Shown one piece after another: positions 49,290 to 61,539 of a stretch of 64,000 bases of DNA (positions are counted from its first letter, which is position 1; the number at the start of each line of letters is the position of its first letter). The translations under genes and the position numbers were made by a program. A model generated the notes under the pieces. It made no database searches, was not told the origin of the DNA, and worked only from the letters and a program-made list of their open reading frames with translations. Source of the stretch: an uncultured Candidatus Binatia bacterium. Lineage in GTDB: Bacteria > Desulfobacterota > Binatia > UBA9968 > JAJDTQ01. Where the stretch lies: the NCBI GenBank assembly GCA_965213675.1, contig OZ243916.1, positions 288,001 through 352,000 of the forward strand, given 5' to 3'.

Positions 49290-50186
49290 ATGGAAATCAT
49301 CAAGCCGGGAACCCGGATACCCTTCCTGAGCTATCGCCGCTGGGGTTTCATGCTGTCGTCGGTGCTGATCATCGGCGTCGTGCTGTTGCTGTTCACGAAG
49401 GGACCGAACCTCGGGGTCGATTTCGAAGGCGGCACCATGGTGCACGTCAGGCTTCCCGAATCGGTCACCATCGGCCAACTCCGCGACGCGTTGCAGCAGT
49501 CGCCGCTGGGAGGTGTGGTTCAGGACTTCGGCGGAGGCGGCACCGGCGAGTACCTGATCCGCATGGAGAAGTCGGAGACGGAGATCGGCACCGTGGGCCG
49601 GGACATCCGCGCGACCCTGGATCAGTCGTTCGGCGCGGGGAAGTACGAAGTGCTTCGGGTGGAGTCGGTGGGTCCCAAGGTGGGCGATGACCTGCGGCGC
49701 CGGGGCATTCTGTCGGTGATCTTCGCCACCATCATGATGGGCGCGTACATCTGGCTCCGCTTCGAGCTGCGCTTCGGGCTGGGCGCCATCGTCGCGCTGG
49801 TCCACGACGTCCTGATCACGTTGGGGGCGCTGGTGGTCGCTGGTTTCGAGCTGGACCTTCCCATCGTCGCCGCGCTCCTGACCATCGCGGGTTACTCCGT
49901 GAATGACACCGTGGTGATCTGCGACCGCATCCGCGAGAACATGCGCAAGAGGCGCCGCGACTCCATGGAGAGCATCATCAACATCAGCATCAACGACACC
50001 CTCGGGCGCACGATCCTCACCACCATCACGTCGCTGCTGGTGTTGACGGCCCTGTTGATCCTGGGCGGCGGCGTCATCCGGCCCTTCGCCTTCACGCTTT
50101 TCGTCGGCTTCCTGGCCGGGCTGTACTCCACCATCTTCGTGGCCACCCCGATCATTCTGTCACTGGAACGAGGCCGCAGGCGGTAG
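49290..50186 (+). CDS. secF: Protein translocase subunit SecF
   Basis: GVDFEGG, VGPKVG, HDV, GYSVNDTVV..DRIRE. Confidence 0.96.
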   Translation: MEIIKPGTRIPFLSYRRWGFMLSSVLIIGVVLLLFTKGPNLGVDFEGGTMVHVRLPESVTIGQLRDALQQSPLGGVVQDFGGGGTGEYLIRMEKSETEIGTVGRDIRATLDQSFGAGKYEVLRVESVGPKVGDDLRRRGILSVIFATIMMGAYIWLRFELRFGLGAIVALVHDVLITLGALVVAGFELDLPIVAALLTIAGYSVNDTVVICDRIRENMRKRRRDSMESIINISINDTLGRTILTTITSLLVLTALLILGGGVIRPFAFTLFVGFLAGLYSTIFVATPIILSLERGRRR

Positions 50187-50202
50187 CCGCGGTTCTCGAA
50201 AG

Positions 50203-51921
50203 GTGCAGGACGTCCGCAAACGCTGGATCCTCAAGGACGCCGATGAAGCCGCGGCCGCGGCGCTTTCCCGGGAACTCAAGTTCCCGCTGCTGCTTGCGCG
50301 TATCCTGGCGCAGCGCGGGTTCGCGGAAGCGGACGCGGCGCGCCGCTTTCTCTCTTCCAGTCTGAGCGCCGACCTGCCGTCGCCGCACCTGCTGGCGGGC
50401 ATGGACGACGCCGTTCGGCGCATTGCCCGCGCCTTGCGCGACGGCGAGCGCGTGTGCGTGTGGGGCGACTACGACGTCGACGGCACCACCGGCGCCGCGG
50501 TGCTCGTTTCCTTTCTGCGCGAGGTTGGCGGCGCGCCGCTGTTCTACATTCCGCATCGCATCGACGAGGGCTACGGCATGAGCCGCCAGGGGATCGAGCA
50601 CTTGCGCACCCAGGATGTCTCCCTCGTCGTCACGGTGGACTGCGGCATCTCCAACGCCGACGAAGTGGCCTTGGCGCGGGATCTCGGCATGGACGTGGTC
50701 ATCGTCGACCACCACCAGTTGCCCGAACGGGTGCCGGACGCCGCCGCGGCCATCATCAATCCCCAGCGCCCCGACTGCGCCTTCCCGGACAAGGGGCTGT
50801 GCGCGGCGGGGCTGGCCTTCTACCTGGTCATCGGCTTGCGCGCCAACCTGCGGGAGGCGGGCTGGTTCGCTCCTGACAGCGTGCCCGACATCCGCAGGCA
50901 CCTGGACATCGTCACCCTCGGCACCATTGCCGACATGGTCCCGCTGCGGGGCGCCAACCGCGTGCTGACACGGCGCGGGCTGGTGGAGCTGGGCAGTTCG
51001 GTCCGCCCGGGCATCGACGCGCTGAAGGAGGTGGCGGGGGTGGCGCCGGGCGCCATGGACGCAGGCACGGTGGCCTTCCAGCTCGGCCCGCGCATCAACG
51101 CCGCCGGGCGCATGGACGCCGCGATGAAGGTGGTGGAGATGCTCACCACGGATTCACGGGAGACCGCCGGCGCCATCGCCCGCGAGCTGGACCTGCACAA
51201 CCGCGAGCGGCGCGAGACCGAGGCCCAGGTGCTGGACGAGGCGCTGGCGCAGATCGAAGAGAAGCGCCTCCAGGAGCGTTGGTCCATCGTGGTGGGCAGC
51301 CGCGGCTGGCACCCCGGAGTGCTCGGCATCGTGGCCTCGCGGATCGTGGAACGGTTCCACCGGCCGACCGTGGTCATCGGCTTTCAGGATGACGAAGGGA
51401 AAGGCTCGGGTCGAAGCATCCGCGGTTTTCACATGGTCCAGGCCATGCGCCGGTGCGCGGATCTGCTGGTGCGTTTCGGCGGTCACGAATACGCCGGCGG
51501 GCTGAGCATCTCGCTGGAGAACATGGCGCCGTTTGCCGATCGCATGGAGGAGGCGGCTCGGGATGTTCTCGGTGAGGAAGACTTGCGCCCGTGTCTCGAC
51601 GTGGATGCGGAAGTGGATTTCGCGGCGCTGAGTCTCGACCTGGTGCGGCAGATGCGGCAACTGGGCCCCTTCGGAGTGGGGAATCCCGAGCCGATCTTCC
51701 AGACCCGGGGCGTGGAGGTGTACGAGCGTCGCAACTTCAACAGGGTCTCGCGTTTCCGGCTGCGGCACAACGAGCACACGGTGACCGCGGTGGCCTTCGG
51801 GCCTCCCGAGAACCTTCCCGCGCGGGTGAACGACCGCGTGGACATCGCCTACCGCCTCCGCGAGAACGAGTGGCAGGGTACCCACGCCATGGAGTTGCGC
51901 CTGCTGGACGTGAGGGCGTGA
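50203..51921 (+). CDS. recJ: Single-stranded DNA exonuclease RecJ
   Basis: GDYDVDG, TVDCG, DHH, PRINAAGR, FGGH. Confidence 0.95.
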   Translation: MQDVRKRWILKDADEAAAAALSRELKFPLLLARILAQRGFAEADAARRFLSSSLSADLPSPHLLAGMDDAVRRIARALRDGERVCVWGDYDVDGTTGAAVLVSFLREVGGAPLFYIPHRIDEGYGMSRQGIEHLRTQDVSLVVTVDCGISNADEVALARDLGMDVVIVDHHQLPERVPDAAAAIINPQRPDCAFPDKGLCAAGLAFYLVIGLRANLREAGWFAPDSVPDIRRHLDIVTLGTIADMVPLRGANRVLTRRGLVELGSSVRPGIDALKEVAGVAPGAMDAGTVAFQLGPRINAAGRMDAAMKVVEMLTTDSRETAGAIARELDLHNRERRETEAQVLDEALAQIEEKRLQERWSIVVGSRGWHPGVLGIVASRIVERFHRPTVVIGFQDDEGKGSGRSIRGFHMVQAMRRCADLLVRFGGHEYAGGLSISLENMAPFADRMEEAARDVLGEEDLRPCLDVDAEVDFAALSLDLVRQMRQLGPFGVGNPEPIFQTRGVEVYERRNFNRVSRFRLRHNEHTVTAVAFGPPENLPARVNDRVDIAYRLRENEWQGTHAMELRLLDVRA

Positions 51922-52023
51922 CGGAACGGCCCATCCGCTCTGCGCGCCGCCGTTCGCGGCCTTGATCGCGAAGAGCAAGGGGGTCGGGCCGCCGGCCGCC
52001 ATGTATCGCCGTTCGGATTGGTC

Positions 52024-55000
52024 ATGACGCGTCGACTCCATTCCGGGCTCTACGAAGATCTCCTGACCGCCGCTCTGGAGGCGGAAATCAATACCCGAAA
52101 GGCCGACGGCTGGTGGGTTGATGTCACCCCGGCTGACGCAACTGTCCGTCCCGAACTCCTGGCCCGTCATGTTTATCGCCTCCTTCGGCGCGCGCTCGAA
52201 GGGATTCCCGAAGAAGACGACGCTCAGCCGGCCAACCAGGTCGCTCTGGCCAATCGACTGGTGGAGGTGCTCGTCGAGCATGGCGCGACGGCTGACGACC
52301 GAGTCGCAGACGCCGCGCGCCTGCTGCTGGAAGCTGTCGAACACCGAGCATTGGGCGGGGCAAAATCGGCTGTCCCTCGCCCGACACTCTCGCTTCGTCG
52401 AACCGGCCTTCTCGTCAATGGACGGCGTGATGTTCAGATCGCGAGCGAGATTGCACGGGAGATCCCGAGCGCTGATCGGATCGATCTCCTTTGTGCATTC
52501 GTGCGGCACTCGGGGTTGAGGCTGTTCCGTGCCGAGCTTGAAGAACGGGTACGAGAGGGCGCGCGGGTGCGCGTGATCGCAAGTGTCTATACCGGGTCGA
52601 CCGAACGCCGTGCGCTGGACACACTTGTCGATCTCGGCGCACAAGTGAAGGTTTCCTACGAAGTTGCGCGAACCCGGCTTCATGCCAAGGCGTGGCTGTT
52701 TCACCGGCACAGCGGTCTGCACACCGCCTATATCGGTTCGTCAAATCTCACCCACACGGCACAGGTCGACGGCCTCGAATGGAATGTGCGAGTGAGCGCG
52801 GCTGAGAATCCCGAAGTGATCGAACGCTTTGCAGCGACCTTCGAACAATACTGGCAAGAGCCCGAGTTCGAGGATTATACGCCCCGTCGTGACAGCGCGC
52901 GTCTCGACCACGCGCTCTCGAGACAGCGCGGCGATGCGGGAATAGACGACCACGCCTTGCTGTCTCTGCAGGTCGACGTTGCGCCGAAGCCTCATCAGGC
53001 TGTTGCGCTGGAGGCCCTCGAAGCAGAGCGCCTGCGCGGATACCACCGCAACCTCGTGGTCGCGGCGACCGGCACCGGCAAGACCTGGATCGCGGCATTC
53101 GATTTCAAGCGGCTGCGCGACCAGGGCGTGGGGCGTTCGTTGCTCTTCGTCGCGCACCGCGACGAGATCCTCCGTCAGAGTCAGCAAGTCTTTCAGCTGG
53201 TACTGCGCGAGCCGGGGTTCGGTGAGCGACTGGTCGGCGGCGAGCGTCCACGCGCGGGTCACCACGTCTTTGCCTCGGTGCAGTCCCTCGCCAACCGGAT
53301 CGACGAAATCGATCCGGACGATTTCGACGTGGTCGTCGTGGACGAGTTCCATCATGCAGCAGCTGCGAGCTACGAGCGCCTTTTATCACGTCTGAAACCG
53401 CAAATTCTCCTTGGCCTCACGGCGACGCCTGAACGCGCCGACGGCCAGTCGGTACTGCAGTGGTTCGACGGCCGCATCGCCTCGGAGTCCCGGCTATGGG
53501 ATGCCCTCGACCAAGGCTTGCTCTGCCCGTTTCACTATTTCGCGGTGAACGATGGAACGGATCTTTCGGCGGTACGTTTTGAGCGCAGACGCTATGTTCC
53601 GGGTGATCTCGATAAGGTGTTCACCGGGGATCACGTACGAGCGGTTCGGATCCGCCAGGCTGTCCAGGAATGGGTGACCGACCCGCATCGGATGCGGGCG
53701 CTGGGGTTCTGCGCGGGTGTCGGTCACGCCCACTTCATGGCGCGGCAGTTCACGGGGTTCGGCTATCCGTCAGTGGCGCTCGACGCCAGCACCCCGTGGA
53801 ACGATCGGCGTGCAGCGCTCGCAAGGCTTCGCCGCGGAGAACTTCGAGCCATCTTCGCGGTCGATCTCTTCAACGAGGGTGTCGACCTGCCTGAAGTCGA
53901 CACCGTGCTCATGCTGCGGCCGACCGAAAGCGCCACGGTGTTTCTTCAGCAACTGGGAAGAGGGTTGCGTTGGGCCGAAGGCAAGCGGGTCTTGACCGTT
54001 CTCGACTTCGTGGGCGAGGTCCGGCGCGAATACCGCTACGACGTGCGCTATCGGGCTCTGGTCGGGGGCACCCGTCATCAGGTCGAGCGCGCCATCGAGG
54101 CGGACTTTCCGCTGCTCCCACCGGGATGTGCACTCAAAATGGACCGTGTCGCCAAGGAGACGGTGCTGCGCAACCTGAGGGCAGCCGTGCGCAATGCTCG
54201 TGTGCGTCTCGCCGATGACTTGCGTGATCTGGGTCCCGAAACACGACTCAGTGGTTTCATGCGAGACGCTGGCGCCGAACTCGACGAAATTTACGCAAGC
54301 CCCAGCTCAGGACAGTGCTTCACCGAGCTTCGACGGCGCGCTGGCTTCGATCAGGTCGTTGTGGATGACGCTCTCCTCAAAGCGATCGGCCGGTTGATCC
54401 ATGTGGACGATCGCGAGCGGATCGAGGCGTGGCGAGACATATTGGTAGCGCATCAGTCGGACCGAATCTCGGATTTACCGGGTCGGCAACATCGCTTGGC
54501 GCTCATGTTGTTTGCTGTATTGGGTGGGCGTCGTCAGTCCATCGATGAGGCAGATCGGATATTGGAAACGGTCCGTGGGTCCTCAGAGTTGCGTCGCGAA
54601 ATCGGCGACCTTCTGGAAATTCTTGCCGATCGCATTCGCACGGTCTCGCGACCGCTGGATCCCACCGGCGAGGTTCCCCTGGCAAGTCACGCGACCTATA
54701 CCCTCGGAGAGATCGTGGCCGCCCACAAGCGCACGGACAAGCGTGGCGCGCTGCTCCGGCCGCAGGGCGGAGTTCTGTGGAACGAGGCGACGCGGACGGA
54801 TCTTCTGTTCGTCACGCTGGACAAGACAGACAAGGACTACTCTCCTTCGACACGCTACGCTGATTACCCGATCTCGCCGACCCTGTTTCACTGGGAGTCG
54901 CAGAACACCGCCTCGCCCGATACCCCCACCGGACGCCGCTACGTCGAACAACCGATCCGGGGCACAAATGTCATTCTGTTTGTGCGTGAGCGCAAAAAGG

Positions 55001-55149
55001 ATGGCCGGGGTGAAACCCTTCCGTATCACTGCCTCGGTCGTGCCCATTACCGCAGTCATGAATCGGAGCGACCCATGAAAATACTGTGGGAGCTCGAACG
55101 CGTGATGCCCGGGTGGCTCTATCAGGCGGGAAAGGCGGTCGCGGGTTGA
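52024..55149 (+). CDS. PLD(HKD)-nuclease / SF2 helicase / DUF3427 fusion, putative restriction/defence protein
   Basis: LHAKAW...IGSSN, ATGTGKT, DEFHH, GLTATPER, FNEGVD, QQLGRGLR, C-terminal FHWESQ. Confidence 0.88.
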   Translation: MTRRLHSGLYEDLLTAALEAEINTRKADGWWVDVTPADATVRPELLARHVYRLLRRALEGIPEEDDAQPANQVALANRLVEVLVEHGATADDRVADAARLLLEAVEHRALGGAKSAVPRPTLSLRRTGLLVNGRRDVQIASEIAREIPSADRIDLLCAFVRHSGLRLFRAELEERVREGARVRVIASVYTGSTERRALDTLVDLGAQVKVSYEVARTRLHAKAWLFHRHSGLHTAYIGSSNLTHTAQVDGLEWNVRVSAAENPEVIERFAATFEQYWQEPEFEDYTPRRDSARLDHALSRQRGDAGIDDHALLSLQVDVAPKPHQAVALEALEAERLRGYHRNLVVAATGTGKTWIAAFDFKRLRDQGVGRSLLFVAHRDEILRQSQQVFQLVLREPGFGERLVGGERPRAGHHVFASVQSLANRIDEIDPDDFDVVVVDEFHHAAAASYERLLSRLKPQILLGLTATPERADGQSVLQWFDGRIASESRLWDALDQGLLCPFHYFAVNDGTDLSAVRFERRRYVPGDLDKVFTGDHVRAVRIRQAVQEWVTDPHRMRALGFCAGVGHAHFMARQFTGFGYPSVALDASTPWNDRRAALARLRRGELRAIFAVDLFNEGVDLPEVDTVLMLRPTESATVFLQQLGRGLRWAEGKRVLTVLDFVGEVRREYRYDVRYRALVGGTRHQVERAIEADFPLLPPGCALKMDRVAKETVLRNLRAAVRNARVRLADDLRDLGPETRLSGFMRDAGAELDEIYASPSSGQCFTELRRRAGFDQVVVDDALLKAIGRLIHVDDRERIEAWRDILVAHQSDRISDLPGRQHRLALMLFAVLGGRRQSIDEADRILETVRGSSELRREIGDLLEILADRIRTVSRPLDPTGEVPLASHATYTLGEIVAAHKRTDKRGALLRPQGGVLWNEATRTDLLFVTLDKTDKDYSPSTRYADYPISPTLFHWESQNTASPDTPTGRRYVEQPIRGTNVILFVRERKKDGRGETLPYHCLGRAHYRSHESERPMKILWELERVMPGWLYQAGKAVAG

Positions 55150-55285
55150 GGCAATGCTGTGCGGCCGTCCCACGCCGCAGGTTCTCCTGTTCTTCGATGT
55201 CGGTGTTGGACTCCTCCGATGATGTGCCGGCGTTCCTCGTCTGTATTCGAAGCCGGCCGGTGGGCTGCCAAAGGATCTTCGAATA

Positions 55286-55450
55286 CTCGTGTCGTGTCCC
55301 GTAGATTACTGCGATAATTTGCCGGTCTTTTTCGCCGTCGGCTGCGTGGCTCTTCCTCGCGTGGTACCCGCCACTGCTCGTCATCGCGTCTTGCCGACGA
55401 CAAAAAATCCTCCGCAGATTATGACGCGAATTAACCAGACACCACACTAG
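55286..55450 (-). mobile_element. Second 165-bp copy of the CTAG MITE-like element (inverted, one end degenerate)
   Basis: The reverse complement aligns end to end with 13574-13738. Confidence 0.85.
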
Positions 55451-55506
55451 CGACCAGAATATCCCCGCGGATCATTTTGCGATTTGACCGGAAGCCACGC
55501 CAGCGT

Positions 55507-55535
55507 TTGACATCCACGCCGCCGTCCATTAGAAA
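55507..55535 (+). promoter_or_regulatory. Putative sigma-70 promoter of rplU
   Basis: TTGACA-N17-TAGAAA. Confidence 0.5.
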
Positions 55536-55546
55536 TTGACGCAATC

Positions 55547-55870
55547 ATGGAACGTTATGCAGTCGTAAAGACGGGTGGAAAGCAGTATCGGGTCGCCGAG
55601 GGTGAAACCGTGGATGTGGAGCGCTTGGGTGGCGACGTGGGCGCCATGGTCACACTGAACGAGGTGTTGCTGGTCAGCGGCGACGGCGACGACGAGGCCA
55701 GGATCGGCACGCCGCTGGTGGCGCAGGCCCAGGTGACGGCGGAGATCGTCGAGCAGGGGCTCGACAAGAAGATCATCGTCTTCAAGAAGAAGCGGCGGAA
55801 GGGCTACAGCCGCAAGCAGGGCCACCGCCAGAAGCACACCACCCTGAGAATCGTCGACATCCAGGCATAA
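55547..55870 (+). CDS. rplU: 50S ribosomal protein L21
   Basis: YAVVKTGGKQY, FKKKRRK, GHRQ. Confidence 0.97.
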   Translation: MERYAVVKTGGKQYRVAEGETVDVERLGGDVGAMVTLNEVLLVSGDGDDEARIGTPLVAQAQVTAEIVEQGLDKKIIVFKKKRRKGYSRKQGHRQKHTTLRIVDIQA

Positions 55871-55882
55871 GGCGGAACACCG

Positions 55883-56137
55883 ATGGCACACAAAAAATCA
55901 GGTGGAAGCTCGCGCAACGGCCGCGACAGTCAGGGACAGAGGCGCGGGGTCAAGCGTTACGGCGGACAGCAGGTCAAGGCGGGCAATATCCTGGTGCGCC
56001 AACTGGGCACGAAGATCCATCCGGGCAAGAACGTCGGCATGGGGCGCGACTACACCCTGTTCGCTCTGGTCGAGGGCACGGTGGAGTACCAGCGCTGGGG
56101 CCGGTCGCGCAAGCGGGTGGCGATCGTTCCCGCCTAG
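55883..56137 (+). CDS. rpmA: 50S ribosomal protein L27
   Basis: [23 protein letters not shown]. Confidence 0.97.
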   Translation: MAHKKSGGSSRNGRDSQGQRRGVKRYGGQQVKAGNILVRQLGTKIHPGKNVGMGRDYTLFALVEGTVEYQRWGRSRKRVAIVPA

Positions 56138-56267
56138 GGGCTTGCGCCGCAGGAATTCGCGCAAGCTCCCAGACCGGTTTCCGGGCATCCTGTCTCCGGC
56201 GCTTGAAACCTTGCGGCCTCGCCGCATTTCCATCCCACTCCATACCTCGATTCGTCGTAACCGGTAG

Positions 56268-58626
<2,359 letters not shown>

Positions 58627-58755
58627 TTCAGGGGCTCCGTTCCGACGGGATACTCTGTGAATCAACGGCACGAGACCCGTGATGGGTGGAGTTTGGCAAG
58701 ATGGAATTGAGTATTTCCACGGCGTGAGGAAGTCCTGGGAAACGAAGGAATATCT

Positions 58756-60033
58756 ATGGCGTTGACGATGTCGGACACGGGAGTCGCCGAAGAAGCACGG
58801 GAAATCGGCCGGCGGGCCAAGGCAGCGGCCAACGCCTTGGCCGATCTTGCCACCGATCTCAAGAACCAGACCCTTCTCGCCATGGCCTGCGACATTGAGG
58901 AGCGACAGGGATTCCTGCTGGCCGAGAACGCCAAGGACCTGGAACACGCCGCGGGGAAGGGGCTCTCCACGGCGGTCGTCGACCGGCTGACGCTCAATCC
59001 CGAGCGGGTGGCGGCCATGGCCGTGGGCATCCGCGACATCGCGGCGCTGCCGGATCCGGTGCGGGAGGTGACGCGGACGTGGACGCGGCCCAACGGGCTC
59101 GAAGTGGGACGCATGCGCATCCCCCTGGGGGTCATCACCATCATCTACGAGGCCCGGCCCAACGTCACCGCGGACGCCGCGTCCCTGTGCATCAAGTCGG
59201 GCAACGCGGTCATCCTCAAGGGCGGCCGTGAGGCGAGGTTCTCCAACCAAGCCATCGGCGAGGTGTTGCGCGGCGCGTGCGCGCGCACCGGCGCGCCCAG
59301 CGACGCGGTGCTGGTGGTGGAGTCCACGGATCGGGCCATGGTCCACGAACTGCTCAAGCTCGAAGAGTACGTCGACCTGATCATCCCCCGCGGCGGCGAG
59401 GAGTTGATCCGCTTCGTGGCGGCCAACTCCCGCGTGCCCGTGGTCAAGCATTACAAGGGCGTGTGTCACGTCTACGTGGACGATGCCGCCGACCTGGACA
59501 TGGCGGAGCGCATCGCCCTCAACGCCAAGGTGCAGCGCCCGTCCGTGTGCAATGCCATGGAGACGCTGCTGGTGCACGAGGCGGTGGCGCCGCGGTTCCT
59601 GCCCGAGGTTCTGGGCAAGCTCCGGGCGAGCGGGGTGGAGATACGCGGCTGCGAGAAGACCCGCGCGCTGCTGGACGGAGCGGCGCCCGCCAGCGAGGAG
59701 GACTGGCACGAAGAGTACCTGGACCTGGTGCTGGCGGTGCGGGTGGTGAGGGACATGGACGAAGCCATCGAGCACATCCGCAGGTACGGCTCGGATCACA
59801 CCGAGACCATCGTCACCGCGGACCGCGCCAAGGCCGAGGCCTTTGTCGCCCGGGTCCACTCCTCGGCGGTGCTGGTGAACGCCTCCACGCGCTTCAACGA
59901 CGGCGGCGAGCTGGGGCTCGGCGCCGAAATCGGCATCAGTACCAGCAAGATCCACGCCTTTGGCCCCATGGGCCTCGAAGAGCTGACCAGCACCAAGTTC
60001 TTCGTCTACGGCGACGGCCAGGTGCGCACCTGA
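58756..60033 (+). CDS. proA: Gamma-glutamyl phosphate reductase
   Basis: [36 protein letters not shown]. Confidence 0.96.
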   Translation: MALTMSDTGVAEEAREIGRRAKAAANALADLATDLKNQTLLAMACDIEERQGFLLAENAKDLEHAAGKGLSTAVVDRLTLNPERVAAMAVGIRDIAALPDPVREVTRTWTRPNGLEVGRMRIPLGVITIIYEARPNVTADAASLCIKSGNAVILKGGREARFSNQAIGEVLRGACARTGAPSDAVLVVESTDRAMVHELLKLEEYVDLIIPRGGEELIRFVAANSRVPVVKHYKGVCHVYVDDAADLDMAERIALNAKVQRPSVCNAMETLLVHEAVAPRFLPEVLGKLRASGVEIRGCEKTRALLDGAAPASEEDWHEEYLDLVLAVRVVRDMDEAIEHIRRYGSDHTETIVTADRAKAEAFVARVHSSAVLVNASTRFNDGGELGLGAEIGISTSKIHAFGPMGLEELTSTKFFVYGDGQVRT

Positions 60034-60037
60034 TTCC

Positions 60038-60697
60038 ATGCGACTCGGACTGTTCGGCGGTACGTTCGACCCCATTCACTCGGGCCACCTGAGGAGCGCG
60101 GAGGAAGTGCGGGGAGCGTTTGCGCTGGACAAGGTCTGTTTCGTGCCTTGCGGCGTGCCGCCGCATCGAAGCGCTGAAACCGGAGCGGCGGCGCGCCATC
60201 GCCTTGAGATGGTGCGCCTCGCGGTGGCGGACAGTCCGGGCCTGTGCGCTTCGGACGTGGAGGTGGTTCGCCCGGGCGCCTCGTTTTCCATCGACACCGT
60301 GCGCCACTTCTCGGCAGCGCTTGCGCCGGGGGACGAACTGTACCTGATCCTCGGCCTTGATGCCTTCCTGCCCATTGGCTCCTGGAAGGACTGGGGCGAG
60401 CTCCTGGCCCTTGCCCACGTCATCGTCACTTCCCGGCCCGGCTCCGGCGACGCGCTTCCCTACGAGCGGATTCCCGTTGTCGTGCGGGAGGCGTTTTGTT
60501 ATGATCCGATCCAATCCGGCTTCCGGAACGAGTTCGGCAAGGAGATCCTGTTCACGCGGCTGACGGATCTGTGCGTGTCGGCTTCGGCCATTCGGGAGCT
60601 GCTGGCCAAGGGGCAATCGATCCGTTACCTGGTTCCCGAAGAAGTGCAAAACTACGTGGAAACACACCACCTCTACCACGAGTCGCCGGAGTGCTAG
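60038..60697 (+). CDS. nadD: Nicotinate-nucleotide adenylyltransferase
   Basis: FGGTFDPIHSGH, PPH, VSASAIR. Confidence 0.94.
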   Translation: MRLGLFGGTFDPIHSGHLRSAEEVRGAFALDKVCFVPCGVPPHRSAETGAAARHRLEMVRLAVADSPGLCASDVEVVRPGASFSIDTVRHFSAALAPGDELYLILGLDAFLPIGSWKDWGELLALAHVIVTSRPGSGDALPYERIPVVVREAFCYDPIQSGFRNEFGKEILFTRLTDLCVSASAIRELLAKGQSIRYLVPEEVQNYVETHHLYHESPEC

Positions 60698-61167
60698 TGT
60701 CCGACAGCCCCACGCGCGACGCCAGAGAGAAGGCCCTGTTGCTGTGCGGCTTGGCCCTCGACAAGAAGGCCCAGGATCTCCTCGTGCTGGAAGTCGGCGC
60801 GCTCACCACCATCGCCGAATACTTCCTCATCTGTTCCGGTCGATCCGACCGCCATGTGCAGAGTATCGCCGAAGGCATCAAGGAGGACGGCCGCGCCCAG
60901 GGCCTGCGCCCGCTCTTCAGTGAAGGGCTCACCCGGGGCCAATGGGTGCTCATGGACTTTTCGGACGTCCTCGTGCACGTCTTTTACGAGCCCATGCGCC
61001 GCTTCTACGACCTCGACGGCCTGTGGGGCGGCGCCAAGGTGGTGGAACTGCCCGAACCCTACGCCACCCTGGCCGCGCAGTTCACCAGCGAGGGTGATCC
61101 GCTGGACCCTTGGCCGGCCGCGGAGGGCGGCACGGGCCCGGGCTACTTCGGAAAACCGGTTCGATAG
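60697..61167 (+). CDS. rsfS: Ribosome silencing factor
   Basis: DKKAQD, WVLMDFSDVLVHVF, RRFYDLDGLW. Confidence 0.93.
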   Translation: MSDSPTRDAREKALLLCGLALDKKAQDLLVLEVGALTTIAEYFLICSGRSDRHVQSIAEGIKEDGRAQGLRPLFSEGLTRGQWVLMDFSDVLVHVFYEPMRRFYDLDGLWGGAKVVELPEPYATLAAQFTSEGDPLDPWPAAEGGTGPGYFGKPVR

Positions 61168-61251
61168 GGTGCCGCGCGTCCAGAAGACCCGGGCTCCGGC
61201 GCCGTGGTGTGGCTGTTTCGTGTGACAACGGAATTCGGGGAGATTGGGGTG

Positions 61252-61326
61252 TGGTGATCCCAACGGGACTCGAACCCGTGTTTCTGGCGTGAGAGGCCAG
61301 CGTCCTAACCGCTAGACGATGGGACC
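61252..61326 (-). tRNA. tRNA-Glu (CUC)
   Basis: GGTCCCATCGTCTAG...CT-CTC-AC...GTTCGAGTC...ACCA. Confidence 0.95.
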
Positions 61327-61327
61327 A

Positions 61328-61403
61328 TGGCTGAGGAGGTAGGACTCGAACCTACAATCGCCTGATCCAGAGTCAGGTGGCTTACCAATTAGCCGACTCC
61401 TCA
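61328..61403 (-). tRNA. tRNA-Gln (CUG)
   Basis: TGAGGAGTCGGCTAATTGGT...CT-CTG-GA...GTTCGAGTC...GCCA. Confidence 0.95.
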
Positions 61404-61413
61404 AGAGCCTCCA

Positions 61414-61442
61414 AGGATAAAATATACCGTCTCGGGCGTCAA
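61414..61442 (-). promoter_or_regulatory. Sigma-70 promoter of the tRNA-Gln/Glu pair
   Basis: Minus strand TTGACG-N17-TATCCT, 10 bp before the tRNA. Confidence 0.65.
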
Positions 61443-61539
61443 GGCAGTGGAGGTCCGCAGGTCCGGGACAGCGACAGAGGCCATGGACCAACCCATGCTC
61501 GGGATCGCCTGTGTCGTGGGCGCGGCGGCTGAGAGTCGC

